A stretch of 64,000 nt of DNA from Flavobacteriales bacterium (GTDB lineage: Bacteria > Bacteroidota > Bacteroidia > Flavobacteriales_F > PHOS-HE28). The notes under the pieces are model-generated. The model worked only from the letters and a program-made list of their open reading frames with translations. It made no database searches and was not told the DNA's origin. Positions 41,170 to 49,440 of this stretch are shown in pieces. A program made the position numbers and the translations under genes. The stretch is taken from assembly GCA_020852835.1 (NCBI GenBank), contig JADZAC010000002.1:246-64245 (forward strand). The letters run 5' to 3'. Numbering within the stretch: position 1 is the first letter of the stretch; every line of letters begins with the position of its first letter.

Positions 41170-41579
41170 GGCCGGGAGGGTGTTGAGGTGCGGACATAGT
41201 CCACGGCCTCATCGCGCTCTTCCTGGTCCAGCAGCAAGGGCGTGTCGCAGATGCGCATGCACAACCGCGGGCCCAGCAGGGTGCTGCGCATCCAAATGCG
41301 GCGGTCCCAGCGCGGATCTTCCGTGCGGACCAGCCGCTCCTGCGGGTCCCAATACCAGCGGCTGTGCACCGCAGGTTGCCCCGGCGGCCCCATCAGGTCC
41401 AAAGTGCCGTCCGCATGCAGCACCATCTGCCCGGGGGTGTTGCCCACGGGCAGCAGGAGCGGGGTGGCGCGTTGATAGGTGCCGGCCAGTTCAGCGCGGC
41501 CTACCGGCGGCCAGGCCCGGTGCACGGCGAATGCTCCGAGCAAAGCCAGTGCCGCGGCCATGAACGCGAAGCGGCGCAT
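41166..41579 (-). CDS. small membrane-anchored hypothetical protein translationally coupled to the GT-C gene
   Basis: N-terminal hydrophobic anchor MRRFAFMAAALALLGAFAV. ATGA overlap with the GT-C start. The start may instead be 41609. Confidence 0.45.
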   Translation of the reverse strand: MRRFAFMAAALALLGAFAVHRAWPPVGRAELAGTYQRATPLLLPVGNTPGQMVLHADGTLDLMGPPGQPAVHSRWYWDPQERLVRTEDPRWDRRIWMRSTLLGPRLCMRICDTPLLLDQEERDEAVDYVRTSTPSRP

Positions 41580-41619
41580 GATCCCCGTACTGGTGGGTGC
41601 GGTAGCCATGGTCGTGGGC

Positions 41620-42222
41620 TCAAGCGGGGGTGCTCCGGAAGGGTTTGTAGTGTTGTTGCGCGGCCAAGGCCATCATGGGCCGATCACTGGCCGTGTCGCC
41701 GAAGGCATGAATATAGTCCACTTTGTCCATGCCGATTAGGCCGCGGATCCGGCGGACCTTCTCCTCACCCTTGCAGTTCGGGGTGGCCAGGCGCCCGGTA
41801 TAGCGGCCCTCTTCCTGTTCCAGTTCCGTGGCGATGCAACCCAAGCGGTGCAGCTGGCACCAAGGTGCGGCCCATAGCGAACAGGAAGCGGTGACGATGA
41901 ACACTTCATGGCCTTGTTGCCGTAGCCCTGTGATGTGGTCCAAGGCGCCATCGCGCAGCAACTGCGGCATACGTTCCCGGGCGAAACGCGCGGCTTGCTG
42001 CGCCAGGCCGCCCACCAGCCGTGTGCCGAAGGCCTTCCGCACCAAGGTCCGCTTCGGAGCGTCTGCCGGTGCCAGCCGCAGGCGGGCCAGGCACCACAAC
42101 GGAAGCACACCGGCCAGCAGCCACCAGGTACGGGCCTTGCCCCGGGTGAAGTACAGGAACTCCAGCATGGTATCGGCCCGGGTGAGGGTGCCGTCCAGAT
42201 CGAACAGGGCGATGGTCCTCAC
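41620..42222 (-). CDS. HAD-IB-family phosphatase
   Basis: Motif I LFDLDGTLT. Motif IV GDTASD. Proposed GTG start at 42222 overlapping the TGA of the upstream gene (GTGA). The alternative ATG at 42321 would overlap 102 nt. Confidence 0.6.
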   Translation of the reverse strand: MRTIALFDLDGTLTRADTMLEFLYFTRGKARTWWLLAGVLPLWCLARLRLAPADAPKRTLVRKAFGTRLVGGLAQQAARFARERMPQLLRDGALDHITGLRQQGHEVFIVTASCSLWAAPWCQLHRLGCIATELEQEEGRYTGRLATPNCKGEEKVRRIRGLIGMDKVDYIHAFGDTASDRPMMALAAQQHYKPFRSTPA

Positions 42223-44336
42223 AGGTTGAGCCGTTTGAAGATCCCCTCGGGGAGCAGGGTGATGAAAAGCATGATCCAGCGCCAACGGCCCAGGACATAG
42301 ACGGTGTTGCGCTTTCGGCAATAAGCGCGGAAGATGCCTTGCGCCGCCTGTTGCGCCGTGGCTGTGAGCGGGGCTGGCAGAGGCAGGCCCTCGGTCATGC
42401 GGGTGCGTACGAAGCCGGGCTTTACCGTGAGCACATGCACCCCGGAGCGGTGCAGCCGGTTGCGCAAGCCGCTGAGGTACGCCGTGAGCCCTGCTTTGGC
42501 GCTTCCATAAAAGTAGTTGCTGGCGCGGCCGCGGTCACCGGCCACCGATGAAATGCCGATGATGGTGCCGCACCCGCGTTGCTCCAGGTCGCGGGCGGCC
42601 TCTTCCAGGATGCTCACGGCTCCGGTGTAGTTCACGGCCATGGCACGCAAGCCTTCGGTCGGGTCTTCCTGTGCAGCGGCTTGGTCCGGCAGCAGGCCGA
42701 AGGCGCATACTACGATGCCGGGCCGTGGATCGAGCGCGGCATAGCAAGCTGCATGCCCTGAGGTGTCCTCGGCATCGAAAGGCACCACCACGCATTCGCC
42801 GCCGGTTTCCGCTTGGATCGCTTCGCACAGGTTCCGGCCTTGTTCGCTGTTGCGCAGGGCCAGTACCAGCGGATGGCCCCGGCGTGCAAATTCACGCGCC
42901 AGCGCGCCGGCCATGCCCGAGCCGGCGCCCAAGACCAGCACCCGCCGCGGATCGAACCCGGCGGTGGCGGGGGCAGGGCCCAGCAATCCGAGCCGTTCGG
43001 AGAGGGCCGTGCTGAACCGGCCTTGCCCGTAAACGGCGGCGATCCGCCGGAATTCTTCCAACCGCGGGTAGGTCTGCTGCAGCATGGCGGCGGACATGCG
43101 CGCGTCCTTGGCCAGGTAGATCCGGCCGCCGGCTGCGGCCACGCGCCGGTCCAGGCGGTCCAGCGCTTCCAGCGTGCCGGTGCGCAGCGGGATGTCCAAG
43201 GCCAGTGTATAGCCTTCCATGGGGAAGCTCATCGGCGAAGTGGCCGATCCGGGGCCAAACCGCTTGAGCACCGCCAAGAAGCTCACCATGCCGTGTTTGC
43301 GCAGTTCCTCCAGCACCTCGCCCATCACCCTCCGCCCGTCTTTCAACGGCACCACGAATTGGTATTGCACAAAGCCGCGCCTGCCGTAGATCTTGTTCCA
43401 TTCGCCCACGGCATCCAGCGGATGGAAGTAGGGGGCGTAGTGCACCAGCGTGTCTTTGCCGCTGCCGTCCGCCTTGAGGTGGTAGAGCAGGTTGAAGATG
43501 CGCACGGTGAATGGCGAGAGCACGAACCCCGGGAAGAAGAACGGTACCTTGACGAGGGTTTTGCCATGCGGGCGCAGCGGCTCGCGGGAGGCCTTGCCAT
43601 TCAGCTCGGAGGCTTCGGCGTGCTCGCCCAGCAGGAGCACGGAGCGGCCTTGGTGGCGGCCTTGGGCCATCAGGTCGATCCATGCCACGTTGTAGGTGCT
43701 GTGCCGGTGCTCCTCGAATTTGGCGAACAAGTCGTCCAAGTCGCGGCATTTGATGCTGCGTTGCCGGATGTAGGCCGAGGTGACGGGCCGGAGCTGGATC
43801 ACGGCCTCCAGGATGAAGCCCGTGAGGCCCATGCCGCCGCAGGTGGCCCGGAACAGGTCGGCGTGCATGGCGGGCGAGCACATCACCTGTTGGCCATCAC
43901 CGGTAAGCAGGGTGATCGAGGTTACGAATGCCGAGAAGCTGCCGTGCACGTGGTGGTTCTTGCCGTGGATGTCCCCGGCGATGGCCCCGCCGATGCTCAC
44001 CTGCCGGGTGCCGGGGGTTACCGGCAGAAAGAAGCCTTGCGGCACGATCCGCAGCAGGACTTCGTCCAGCAACAGGCCGGCGCTGCAACGCAGGGTGCAC
44101 GCGGCCTTGTCCAGCTCAAACACATCCTCCAGCCCGGCGCCGGCCATCATGCGGCGGCCCAAGGAGGCATCCCCGTAGGAGCGCCCGTTGCCGCGGGGTG
44201 CCAGGGCCGCACCCTTGGCCACGAGTTGCCGGGCATCGCGCTGCCCGCGCGGCCACCACACGGTGCCTGTTTGTTGCGGGAACAGGCCCCAGTTGCTCCA
44301 CTTGCCGTGCTCAGATCGCATAGAGGATGATGGCAA
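42219..44336 (-). CDS. fused FAD-linked oxidase (DprE1-like, N-terminal) and short-chain dehydrogenase/reductase (DprE2-like, C-terminal)
   Basis: 705 aa. The N-terminal ~440 aa carry the FAD-binding PCMH-type motif GNGRSYGD and an oxidase fold. The C-terminal ~250 aa carry a Rossmann fold (VLVLGAGSGMAG) and catalytic YGSAKAG (YxxxK). The start is 44336 or 44321. Confidence 0.7.
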   Translation of the reverse strand: MPSSSMRSEHGKWSNWGLFPQQTGTVWWPRGQRDARQLVAKGAALAPRGNGRSYGDASLGRRMMAGAGLEDVFELDKAACTLRCSAGLLLDEVLLRIVPQGFFLPVTPGTRQVSIGGAIAGDIHGKNHHVHGSFSAFVTSITLLTGDGQQVMCSPAMHADLFRATCGGMGLTGFILEAVIQLRPVTSAYIRQRSIKCRDLDDLFAKFEEHRHSTYNVAWIDLMAQGRHQGRSVLLLGEHAEASELNGKASREPLRPHGKTLVKVPFFFPGFVLSPFTVRIFNLLYHLKADGSGKDTLVHYAPYFHPLDAVGEWNKIYGRRGFVQYQFVVPLKDGRRVMGEVLEELRKHGMVSFLAVLKRFGPGSATSPMSFPMEGYTLALDIPLRTGTLEALDRLDRRVAAAGGRIYLAKDARMSAAMLQQTYPRLEEFRRIAAVYGQGRFSTALSERLGLLGPAPATAGFDPRRVLVLGAGSGMAGALAREFARRGHPLVLALRNSEQGRNLCEAIQAETGGECVVVPFDAEDTSGHAACYAALDPRPGIVVCAFGLLPDQAAAQEDPTEGLRAMAVNYTGAVSILEEAARDLEQRGCGTIIGISSVAGDRGRASNYFYGSAKAGLTAYLSGLRNRLHRSGVHVLTVKPGFVRTRMTEGLPLPAPLTATAQQAAQGIFRAYCRKRNTVYVLGRWRWIMLFITLLPEGIFKRLNL

Positions 44337-45210
44337 AGGTGAGCAGCCAGCCCAGGATGATCAAGCGGATGGGCCGGTCCTTGAAGACCAGCTTGGAGGG
44401 GTCGCCGGTGCGTTGTTCCACCAGGGTGAGCTGGAAATAGCGCATCATGCCCAGCACCACGAAGCCGCTGGTGATGTACACTTTGTCCGAGCCCAGCCTC
44501 CCGGTAACCTCGCTGCTCACGGTGTACATGATGTAGGACTGTACCACCAAGGCGGCCAGTGTGATCATGCTGGCGTCTACGAAGGGCAGGTTGTAGCCGC
44601 GCAGGCTGGGGCGCAGCTCCTTGCCGCCGCCGGATTGCACTAGGTCATCCCGCCGTTTGGCCAAGGCAAGGAACAGTGCCAGCAGGAAAGTGATCAGCTC
44701 GATCCATTCCGAAACCGGCACCCGGGCCAAGATGCCGCCGGCATGGACGCGCAACAGGAAACCGGCGGCGATGATGGCCACGTCCACGATGGGCACGTGT
44801 TTGAGCCACAAGGAGTAGAGCACGTTCATGGCCATGTAGGCCGCCAAAACCCAAGCGAAACGCGGCTCCACCAGCCATGCGCCCCACAAGGCGGCCAGCG
44901 CCAGCAGGCCACTGATCCACGGTACATGGGCCGGGTCCACTTCACCCGAGGCGATGGGGCGCAGGCGCTTCACCGGGTGCAGGCGGTCCTGCTCCATGTC
45001 GCGCAGGTCGTTGAGCAGGTATACGGCCGAGGCGGCCAGGCTGAAACAGAAGAAGCCCAGTACCGTGCGCTCCAACACGGCTTCCCGGGTGATCGCCTCA
45101 CCGAAGAACGCGGGAAAGAACACAAAGGCGTTCTTGATCCATTGCTGCACGCGGAGCATGCGCAGCAAGGTGCCGGACCTGAAGGAGCCGTGGGCGTTCT
45201 GTGATCCCAT
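44311..45210 (-). CDS. UbiA-family polyprenyl-phosphate phosphoribosyltransferase-like prenyltransferase
   Basis: Start MGSQNAHG at 45210 (cat at 45208-45210). Asp-rich motif NDLRDMEQD. 8-9 TM helices. The 457-aa ORF is a run-on into the mraZ promoter region. Confidence 0.7.
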   Translation of the reverse strand: MGSQNAHGSFRSGTLLRMLRVQQWIKNAFVFFPAFFGEAITREAVLERTVLGFFCFSLAASAVYLLNDLRDMEQDRLHPVKRLRPIASGEVDPAHVPWISGLLALAALWGAWLVEPRFAWVLAAYMAMNVLYSLWLKHVPIVDVAIIAAGFLLRVHAGGILARVPVSEWIELITFLLALFLALAKRRDDLVQSGGGKELRPSLRGYNLPFVDASMITLAALVVQSYIMYTVSSEVTGRLGSDKVYITSGFVVLGMMRYFQLTLVEQRTGDPSKLVFKDRPIRLIILGWLLTFAIILYAI

Positions 45211-45468
45211 CCGAGTGGACCAAAGTAAGGGAGTGCGGGACTGCGGCCCATGGCGGGCCCATGCCATAGCGGTGGTGCGCCCGGGAACAACCCGGTGGGG
45301 CACCGGGAGGACTTGTCTGAAACCCGCGTCTGATGCGCCTTTCATCGGTGCCCCGTCCGGATCGTTCCCGTTGTGGATAACCTTGGAAGTTGATTTTTGC
45401 CCCACTTTCACCCACAAGCAATTTTCATTGATTTTGCTGGAGATCATGTTCAATCGAAAGGAACCTGC

Positions 45469-45525
45469 TATGTTTGTCGAGCAATAGTTTTGAACAAAGT
45501 GGGTTAAAGGGTAGTAAAGTGGGCC
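45469..45525 (+). promoter_or_regulatory. candidate mraZ/dcw promoter: two Bacteroidota-type -7 motifs TAnnTTTG (tatgtttg at 45469-45476, tagttttg at 45485-45492), followed by three GGG-containing repeats with ~10-bp periodicity (candidate MraZ box)
   Basis: Motifs read directly in the only AT-rich stretch of the window, 45-100 nt upstream of the mraZ ATG at 45569. Confidence 0.45.
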
Positions 45526-45568
45526 AACGGGCCTACTTTCGCAGCCACGAGGCCCCCGATGAACATTC

Positions 45569-46045
45569 ATGCTCAACCTGCTCGGCGAATTCGATGTGCG
45601 GCTGGACGCCAAGGGGCGCCTGGTGCTGCCTTCCGCGCTGAAGAAGCAGTTGGCCGGATCGCTCCCGAATGGCTTCGTGATCAACCGCGACGTGTTCCGG
45701 CCATGCCTGGTGCTCTATCCGCACCACGTGTGGGAGCAGACCAGCCGCATGCTGGGTCGGCTCAACCGGTTCGTGGAGAAGAACATGGAGTTCATTCGGC
45801 GCTTCACCTCCGGGGCCACGCACCTGGAGCTGGATGGCAGCGGCCGCCTGTTGCTGCCCAAGCCGTTGATGGACGACCCCAAGCTGGGCAAGGACCTCAA
45901 GCTCGTGTGCCTGGGCGACCGGGTGGAAGTGTGGAGCAAGGACGGTTATGCGCGGATGCGCCGCGAGAAGGTGGATCTCTCTGCCTTGGCGGAGGAAGTG
46001 ATGGGCAGCCTGGGCAATGACGACGCCCCTGGCCCCATATCATGA
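45569..46045 (+). CDS. mraZ: transcriptional regulator MraZ
   Basis: 158 aa with duplicated MraZ/SpoVT-AbrB-like halves. First gene of the dcw cluster. Confidence 0.9.
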   Translation: MLNLLGEFDVRLDAKGRLVLPSALKKQLAGSLPNGFVINRDVFRPCLVLYPHHVWEQTSRMLGRLNRFVEKNMEFIRRFTSGATHLELDGSGRLLLPKPLMDDPKLGKDLKLVCLGDRVEVWSKDGYARMRREKVDLSALAEEVMGSLGNDDAPGPIS

Positions 46046-46931
46046 GCCCGTATTGCTCCAGCAGAGCGTGGATGCCCTCGCCATCAAGCCCGGCGGGACC
46101 TATGTGGACGTGACCTTTGGCGGTGGCGGGCACAGTCGCGCCATCCTCGCGCGCTTGGGCCCGGGCGGCGTCCTGGTGGCCTTCGACCGCGACAGCGATG
46201 CCAAGCGCAACGCGCCCGCCGATCCGCGCTTCACGCTGGTGGCCTCCGATTTCCGCTGGATCGCCAACCACCTCCGCTTCCTGGGCAAGCTGCCCGTGGA
46301 CGGCCTGCTGGCCGACCTGGGCGTAAGCAGCCATCAGTTTGATACGGCCGGGCGCGGCTTCAGCTTCCGCTTTGATGCGCCCTTGGACATGCGCATGAAC
46401 CAGCTGGCACGGCGCACCGCCGCCGATCTGCTCAACGGTTCCGATGAGCAGGGCCTGGCCGATATGCTGCGCAAGTATGGCGAGGTGGCCCAGGCCGGCC
46501 GGGTGGCGCGCACCATCGTGGCGGCACGCAACGTAAGGCCGGTGCGCACCACCGGGGAGCTGGTGGAACTGCTGCGGCCGCTGGCCCGCCGAGGCGAGGA
46601 GCACGGCTTCCTGGCCCAAGTGTTCCAGGCATTGCGCATTGCCGTGAACGAGGAGCTGTCCGCGCTCGAGCAGCTCCTGCTTGCCAGCCCTTCGGTGATC
46701 CGGCCTGGCGGCCGCCTGGTGGTGATCAGCTACCACAGCTTGGAAGACCGCCTGGTGAAGAACTGGATGAAAACCGGAAGCCTGGACGGGCGCGAGGAGA
46801 AGGACGTGTACGGCAACAGCCTGCGGCCCTTCAGTCCCGTGGGCAACAAGGCGGTGCAAGCCTCGGCGGAAGAGGTCCTCAACAACCCCCGTGCGCGCAG
46901 CGCCCGGATGCGAACAGCGGTACGCCAGTGA
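46017..46931 (+). CDS. rsmH: 16S rRNA (cytosine1402-N4)-methyltransferase RsmH/MraW
   Basis: YHEPVLL N-terminus. SAM-binding DVTFGGGGHS. Confidence 0.9.
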   Translation: MTTPLAPYHEPVLLQQSVDALAIKPGGTYVDVTFGGGGHSRAILARLGPGGVLVAFDRDSDAKRNAPADPRFTLVASDFRWIANHLRFLGKLPVDGLLADLGVSSHQFDTAGRGFSFRFDAPLDMRMNQLARRTAADLLNGSDEQGLADMLRKYGEVAQAGRVARTIVAARNVRPVRTTGELVELLRPLARRGEEHGFLAQVFQALRIAVNEELSALEQLLLASPSVIRPGGRLVVISYHSLEDRLVKNWMKTGSLDGREEKDVYGNSLRPFSPVGNKAVQASAEEVLNNPRARSARMRTAVRQ

Positions 46932-47329
46932 ACAAGCGCAAGGACATACCCGCCGAAACCGCGGCCCGCCCGGCCACGGGCCGCACCTTCTCCCGCGGCC
47001 TGGTGAATGTGCTCAATGGCACCTTCCTCACCAAGGAAAAGGTGTTGGCCAACATGCCCTTCCTGCTGTTCACGGCCGGCCTGATGCTCTTCTACATCGG
47101 CTACGGATACTGGACCGAGCGCACCGTGCGCGACCTGGACCGCACCAGCAGCGAGCTCAAAGAGATGCGTTCGGAGTACATCACCGTGCGCAGCCTGCTG
47201 GAGCGCACCGAGCGCCAGAGCCAAGTGGCCGACGACATCAGCGGCATCGGCCTGCGCGAAAGCCGCGTGCCGCCCATGCGGATCACCGTTGACAAGGACC
47301 AACTGGAGGCCCTGCACTCTGCCCAATGA
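46928..47329 (+). CDS. ftsL: cell-division protein FtsL-like (single TM plus coiled coil)
   Basis: 133 aa with one TM helix (FLLFTAGLMLFYIGYGYW). Position between rsmH and ftsI. Confidence 0.7.
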   Translation: MNKRKDIPAETAARPATGRTFSRGLVNVLNGTFLTKEKVLANMPFLLFTAGLMLFYIGYGYWTERTVRDLDRTSSELKEMRSEYITVRSLLERTERQSQVADDISGIGLRESRVPPMRITVDKDQLEALHSAQ

Positions 47330-49440
47330 GCACCCCCAACCCATACCGCCTGCGCCTTACCGTGGTGTATACGGTGCTCATCCTCTTCGGAGCCGCCATT
47401 GCCGTGAAGCTCTTCAGCATCCAGCTGCTCGAAGGCGACAAGTGGCGTGCCCGGGCCGAAGAAGTGGCCACCGCCATGCGCACCGTGCGCTCCGAACGCG
47501 GGCACATCTTCAGCGACGACGGCCGCCTGCTGGCCACCAGCGTGCCCGAGTACGAGATCCGCATGGACATGCAGGCCGACGGGCTCACCGATGAGCTCTT
47601 CAGCGCCCATGTGGATTCGCTCAGCTGGGAGCTCTCCCGCCTCTTCGGCGACCGCTCCATGCCCGAGTACCGCAGGAGCCTCGTGGACGCCCATGCCCGC
47701 GGCGACCGCTACTTCCTGGTGAAACGCCGCTGCGACCACGAGCAACTGCAGGCCATGCGCCGCATGCCCCTGTTCCGGTTGGGGCGCAACAAGAGCGGCC
47801 TGATCGCCGAAAAGCACATGGTGCGCATCAGGCCCTTCGGCCGGTTGGCCTCCCGCACCGTGGGCTATTTGCTCAAGGACAGCACGGCCATCGGCATTGA
47901 AGCGGGTTACAGCCAATGGCTGAAAGGTGTTTCCGGCCTGCGCCTGGAACGCCGGCTCACCGGCGGCATTTGGATGCCCGTGGACGGCGGCGAGGGACAG
48001 GAGCCCATTGCCGGCAGCGATGTGCACACCACCATCGACATGAACTTGCAGGACGTTGCCGACAATGCCTTGGCCACGCAGCTCAAGCGCAATGGCGCAC
48101 ACCATGGATGCGTGGTGGTGATGGAAACGCAAACAGGCTACATCAAGGCCATCAGCAACCTCACTCTCCAGGCCGACAGCACCTACGTGGAGGATTACAA
48201 CTATGCCGTGGGCGCCAGCACCGAGCCGGGCAGCACCTTCAAGACGGCCGCCCTGATGGTGGCCTTGGATGACGGGCGCGTTTCGCTTGGCCAAGAGGTG
48301 GACACCCGTGACGGCAAAGTGCGGTTCTACGACCGTTGGATGCGCGATTCCCACGAGGGCGGCTATGGCAGGATCACCTTGGGCAAGGCGTTGGAGGTGA
48401 GCAGCAACACCGGCATTTCACAGGCCATTGACAAAGCCTACAAGAGCGACCCCAAGCGGTTCGTGGAGGGGTTGCGCGAGCTCGGCTTCGGCAGCACCTT
48501 GGGCATACGCCTGCCCGGCGAGGGCGTGCCCGTGCTCCGGGGGCCGGAAGACAAAAAACTCTGGAGCGGCACCAGCCTGCCGTGGATGAGCATCGGCTAT
48601 GAGGTGAGCGTCACGCCCCTGCGCATCCTCACCTTCTACAACGCCATCGCCAACGGCGGCCGCATGGTGCAGCCGCAGTTCGTCAGCTCCATCTCCCGCG
48701 AGGGCAAGGTGGTGGAGCGTTTCCCGCCCGTGGTGCTCAAGGACCGCATTTGCGCCGCCAACACCCTCGACCAGTTGAAGGGAGTGCTGCAAAACGTGGT
48801 GGACTCCGGCACCGCCATCAACCTGCGCAGTGCGCATTTCCGCATCGCCGGCAAAACGGGCACCGCGCAGATCGCTGCCGACAAGGCCGGCTACAAGGTG
48901 AACGGCATCAGCTACCAAGCCTCCTTCGTGGGCTATTTCCCGGCCGATGCCCCGCGCTATACCTGCATCGTGGTGGTGAGCTCGCCCACCATGCGCGGCG
49001 TATACGGAAACGTGGTGGCCGGGCCCGTGTTCCGCGAGATCGCCGACAAGATCTACAGCAACCGCCTGGAAATGCAGACCAAGCTGGCCACGACCGATAC
49101 CGTGTTCCGCACCCCGGTGTCCTTCGGAGGCCTGCGCAGCGACATGGTCGCCGTGTATGACGGACTGAAGGTGCCCGTGCAGATCGAAGGCGAAAGCGAG
49201 TGGGTTTCCACCACCGCCTCGGACAGCCTGGTGGAGATCACCCCGCGCGCCGTTCCCGAGGCCGGTTCGGCCATGGTGCCCAATGTGCTGGGCATGGGCC
49301 TGCGCGATGCCCTCTTCATCCTGGAGAACCGCGGCCTGCGCGTGCGCCTCTCCGGCAGCGGCATGGTCAAGCGCCAATCTCCCGCCCCCGGAACCCGGTT
49401 CACCAAGGGAACCACCGTAACCCTGGAACTCGCCATATGA
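47326..49440 (+). CDS. ftsI: peptidoglycan D,D-transpeptidase FtsI (PBP3-like class B PBP)
   Basis: STFK, SSN and KTGT motifs. 704 aa with an N-terminal TM helix. ATGA overlap with murE. Confidence 0.9.
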   Translation: MSTPNPYRLRLTVVYTVLILFGAAIAVKLFSIQLLEGDKWRARAEEVATAMRTVRSERGHIFSDDGRLLATSVPEYEIRMDMQADGLTDELFSAHVDSLSWELSRLFGDRSMPEYRRSLVDAHARGDRYFLVKRRCDHEQLQAMRRMPLFRLGRNKSGLIAEKHMVRIRPFGRLASRTVGYLLKDSTAIGIEAGYSQWLKGVSGLRLERRLTGGIWMPVDGGEGQEPIAGSDVHTTIDMNLQDVADNALATQLKRNGAHHGCVVVMETQTGYIKAISNLTLQADSTYVEDYNYAVGASTEPGSTFKTAALMVALDDGRVSLGQEVDTRDGKVRFYDRWMRDSHEGGYGRITLGKALEVSSNTGISQAIDKAYKSDPKRFVEGLRELGFGSTLGIRLPGEGVPVLRGPEDKKLWSGTSLPWMSIGYEVSVTPLRILTFYNAIANGGRMVQPQFVSSISREGKVVERFPPVVLKDRICAANTLDQLKGVLQNVVDSGTAINLRSAHFRIAGKTGTAQIAADKAGYKVNGISYQASFVGYFPADAPRYTCIVVVSSPTMRGVYGNVVAGPVFREIADKIYSNRLEMQTKLATTDTVFRTPVSFGGLRSDMVAVYDGLKVPVQIEGESEWVSTTASDSLVEITPRAVPEAGSAMVPNVLGMGLRDALFILENRGLRVRLSGSGMVKRQSPAPGTRFTKGTTVTLELAI

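Noticed and set aside
39551-41212. 553-aa alternative-frame ORF overlapping the GT-C gene on the same strand
   Set aside because: Arg/Pro/Gly-rich composition without hydrophobic helices. The 39511..41169 frame gives a coherent polytopic membrane protein.
42813-44330. 505-aa and 329-aa antisense ORFs inside the DprE1/DprE2 fusion gene (42813..44330 + and 42892..43881 -)
   Set aside because: They are extremely Arg/Gly/Ala/His-rich and lack motifs. They mirror a well-supported coding strand and are typical high-GC shadow ORFs.
45211-45568. Possible small RNA or tRNA in the 358-nt mraZ upstream region
   Set aside because: No cloverleaf-compatible stems or anticodon-loop pattern were found. The region is better explained as a promoter/operator region with TAnnTTTG motifs.
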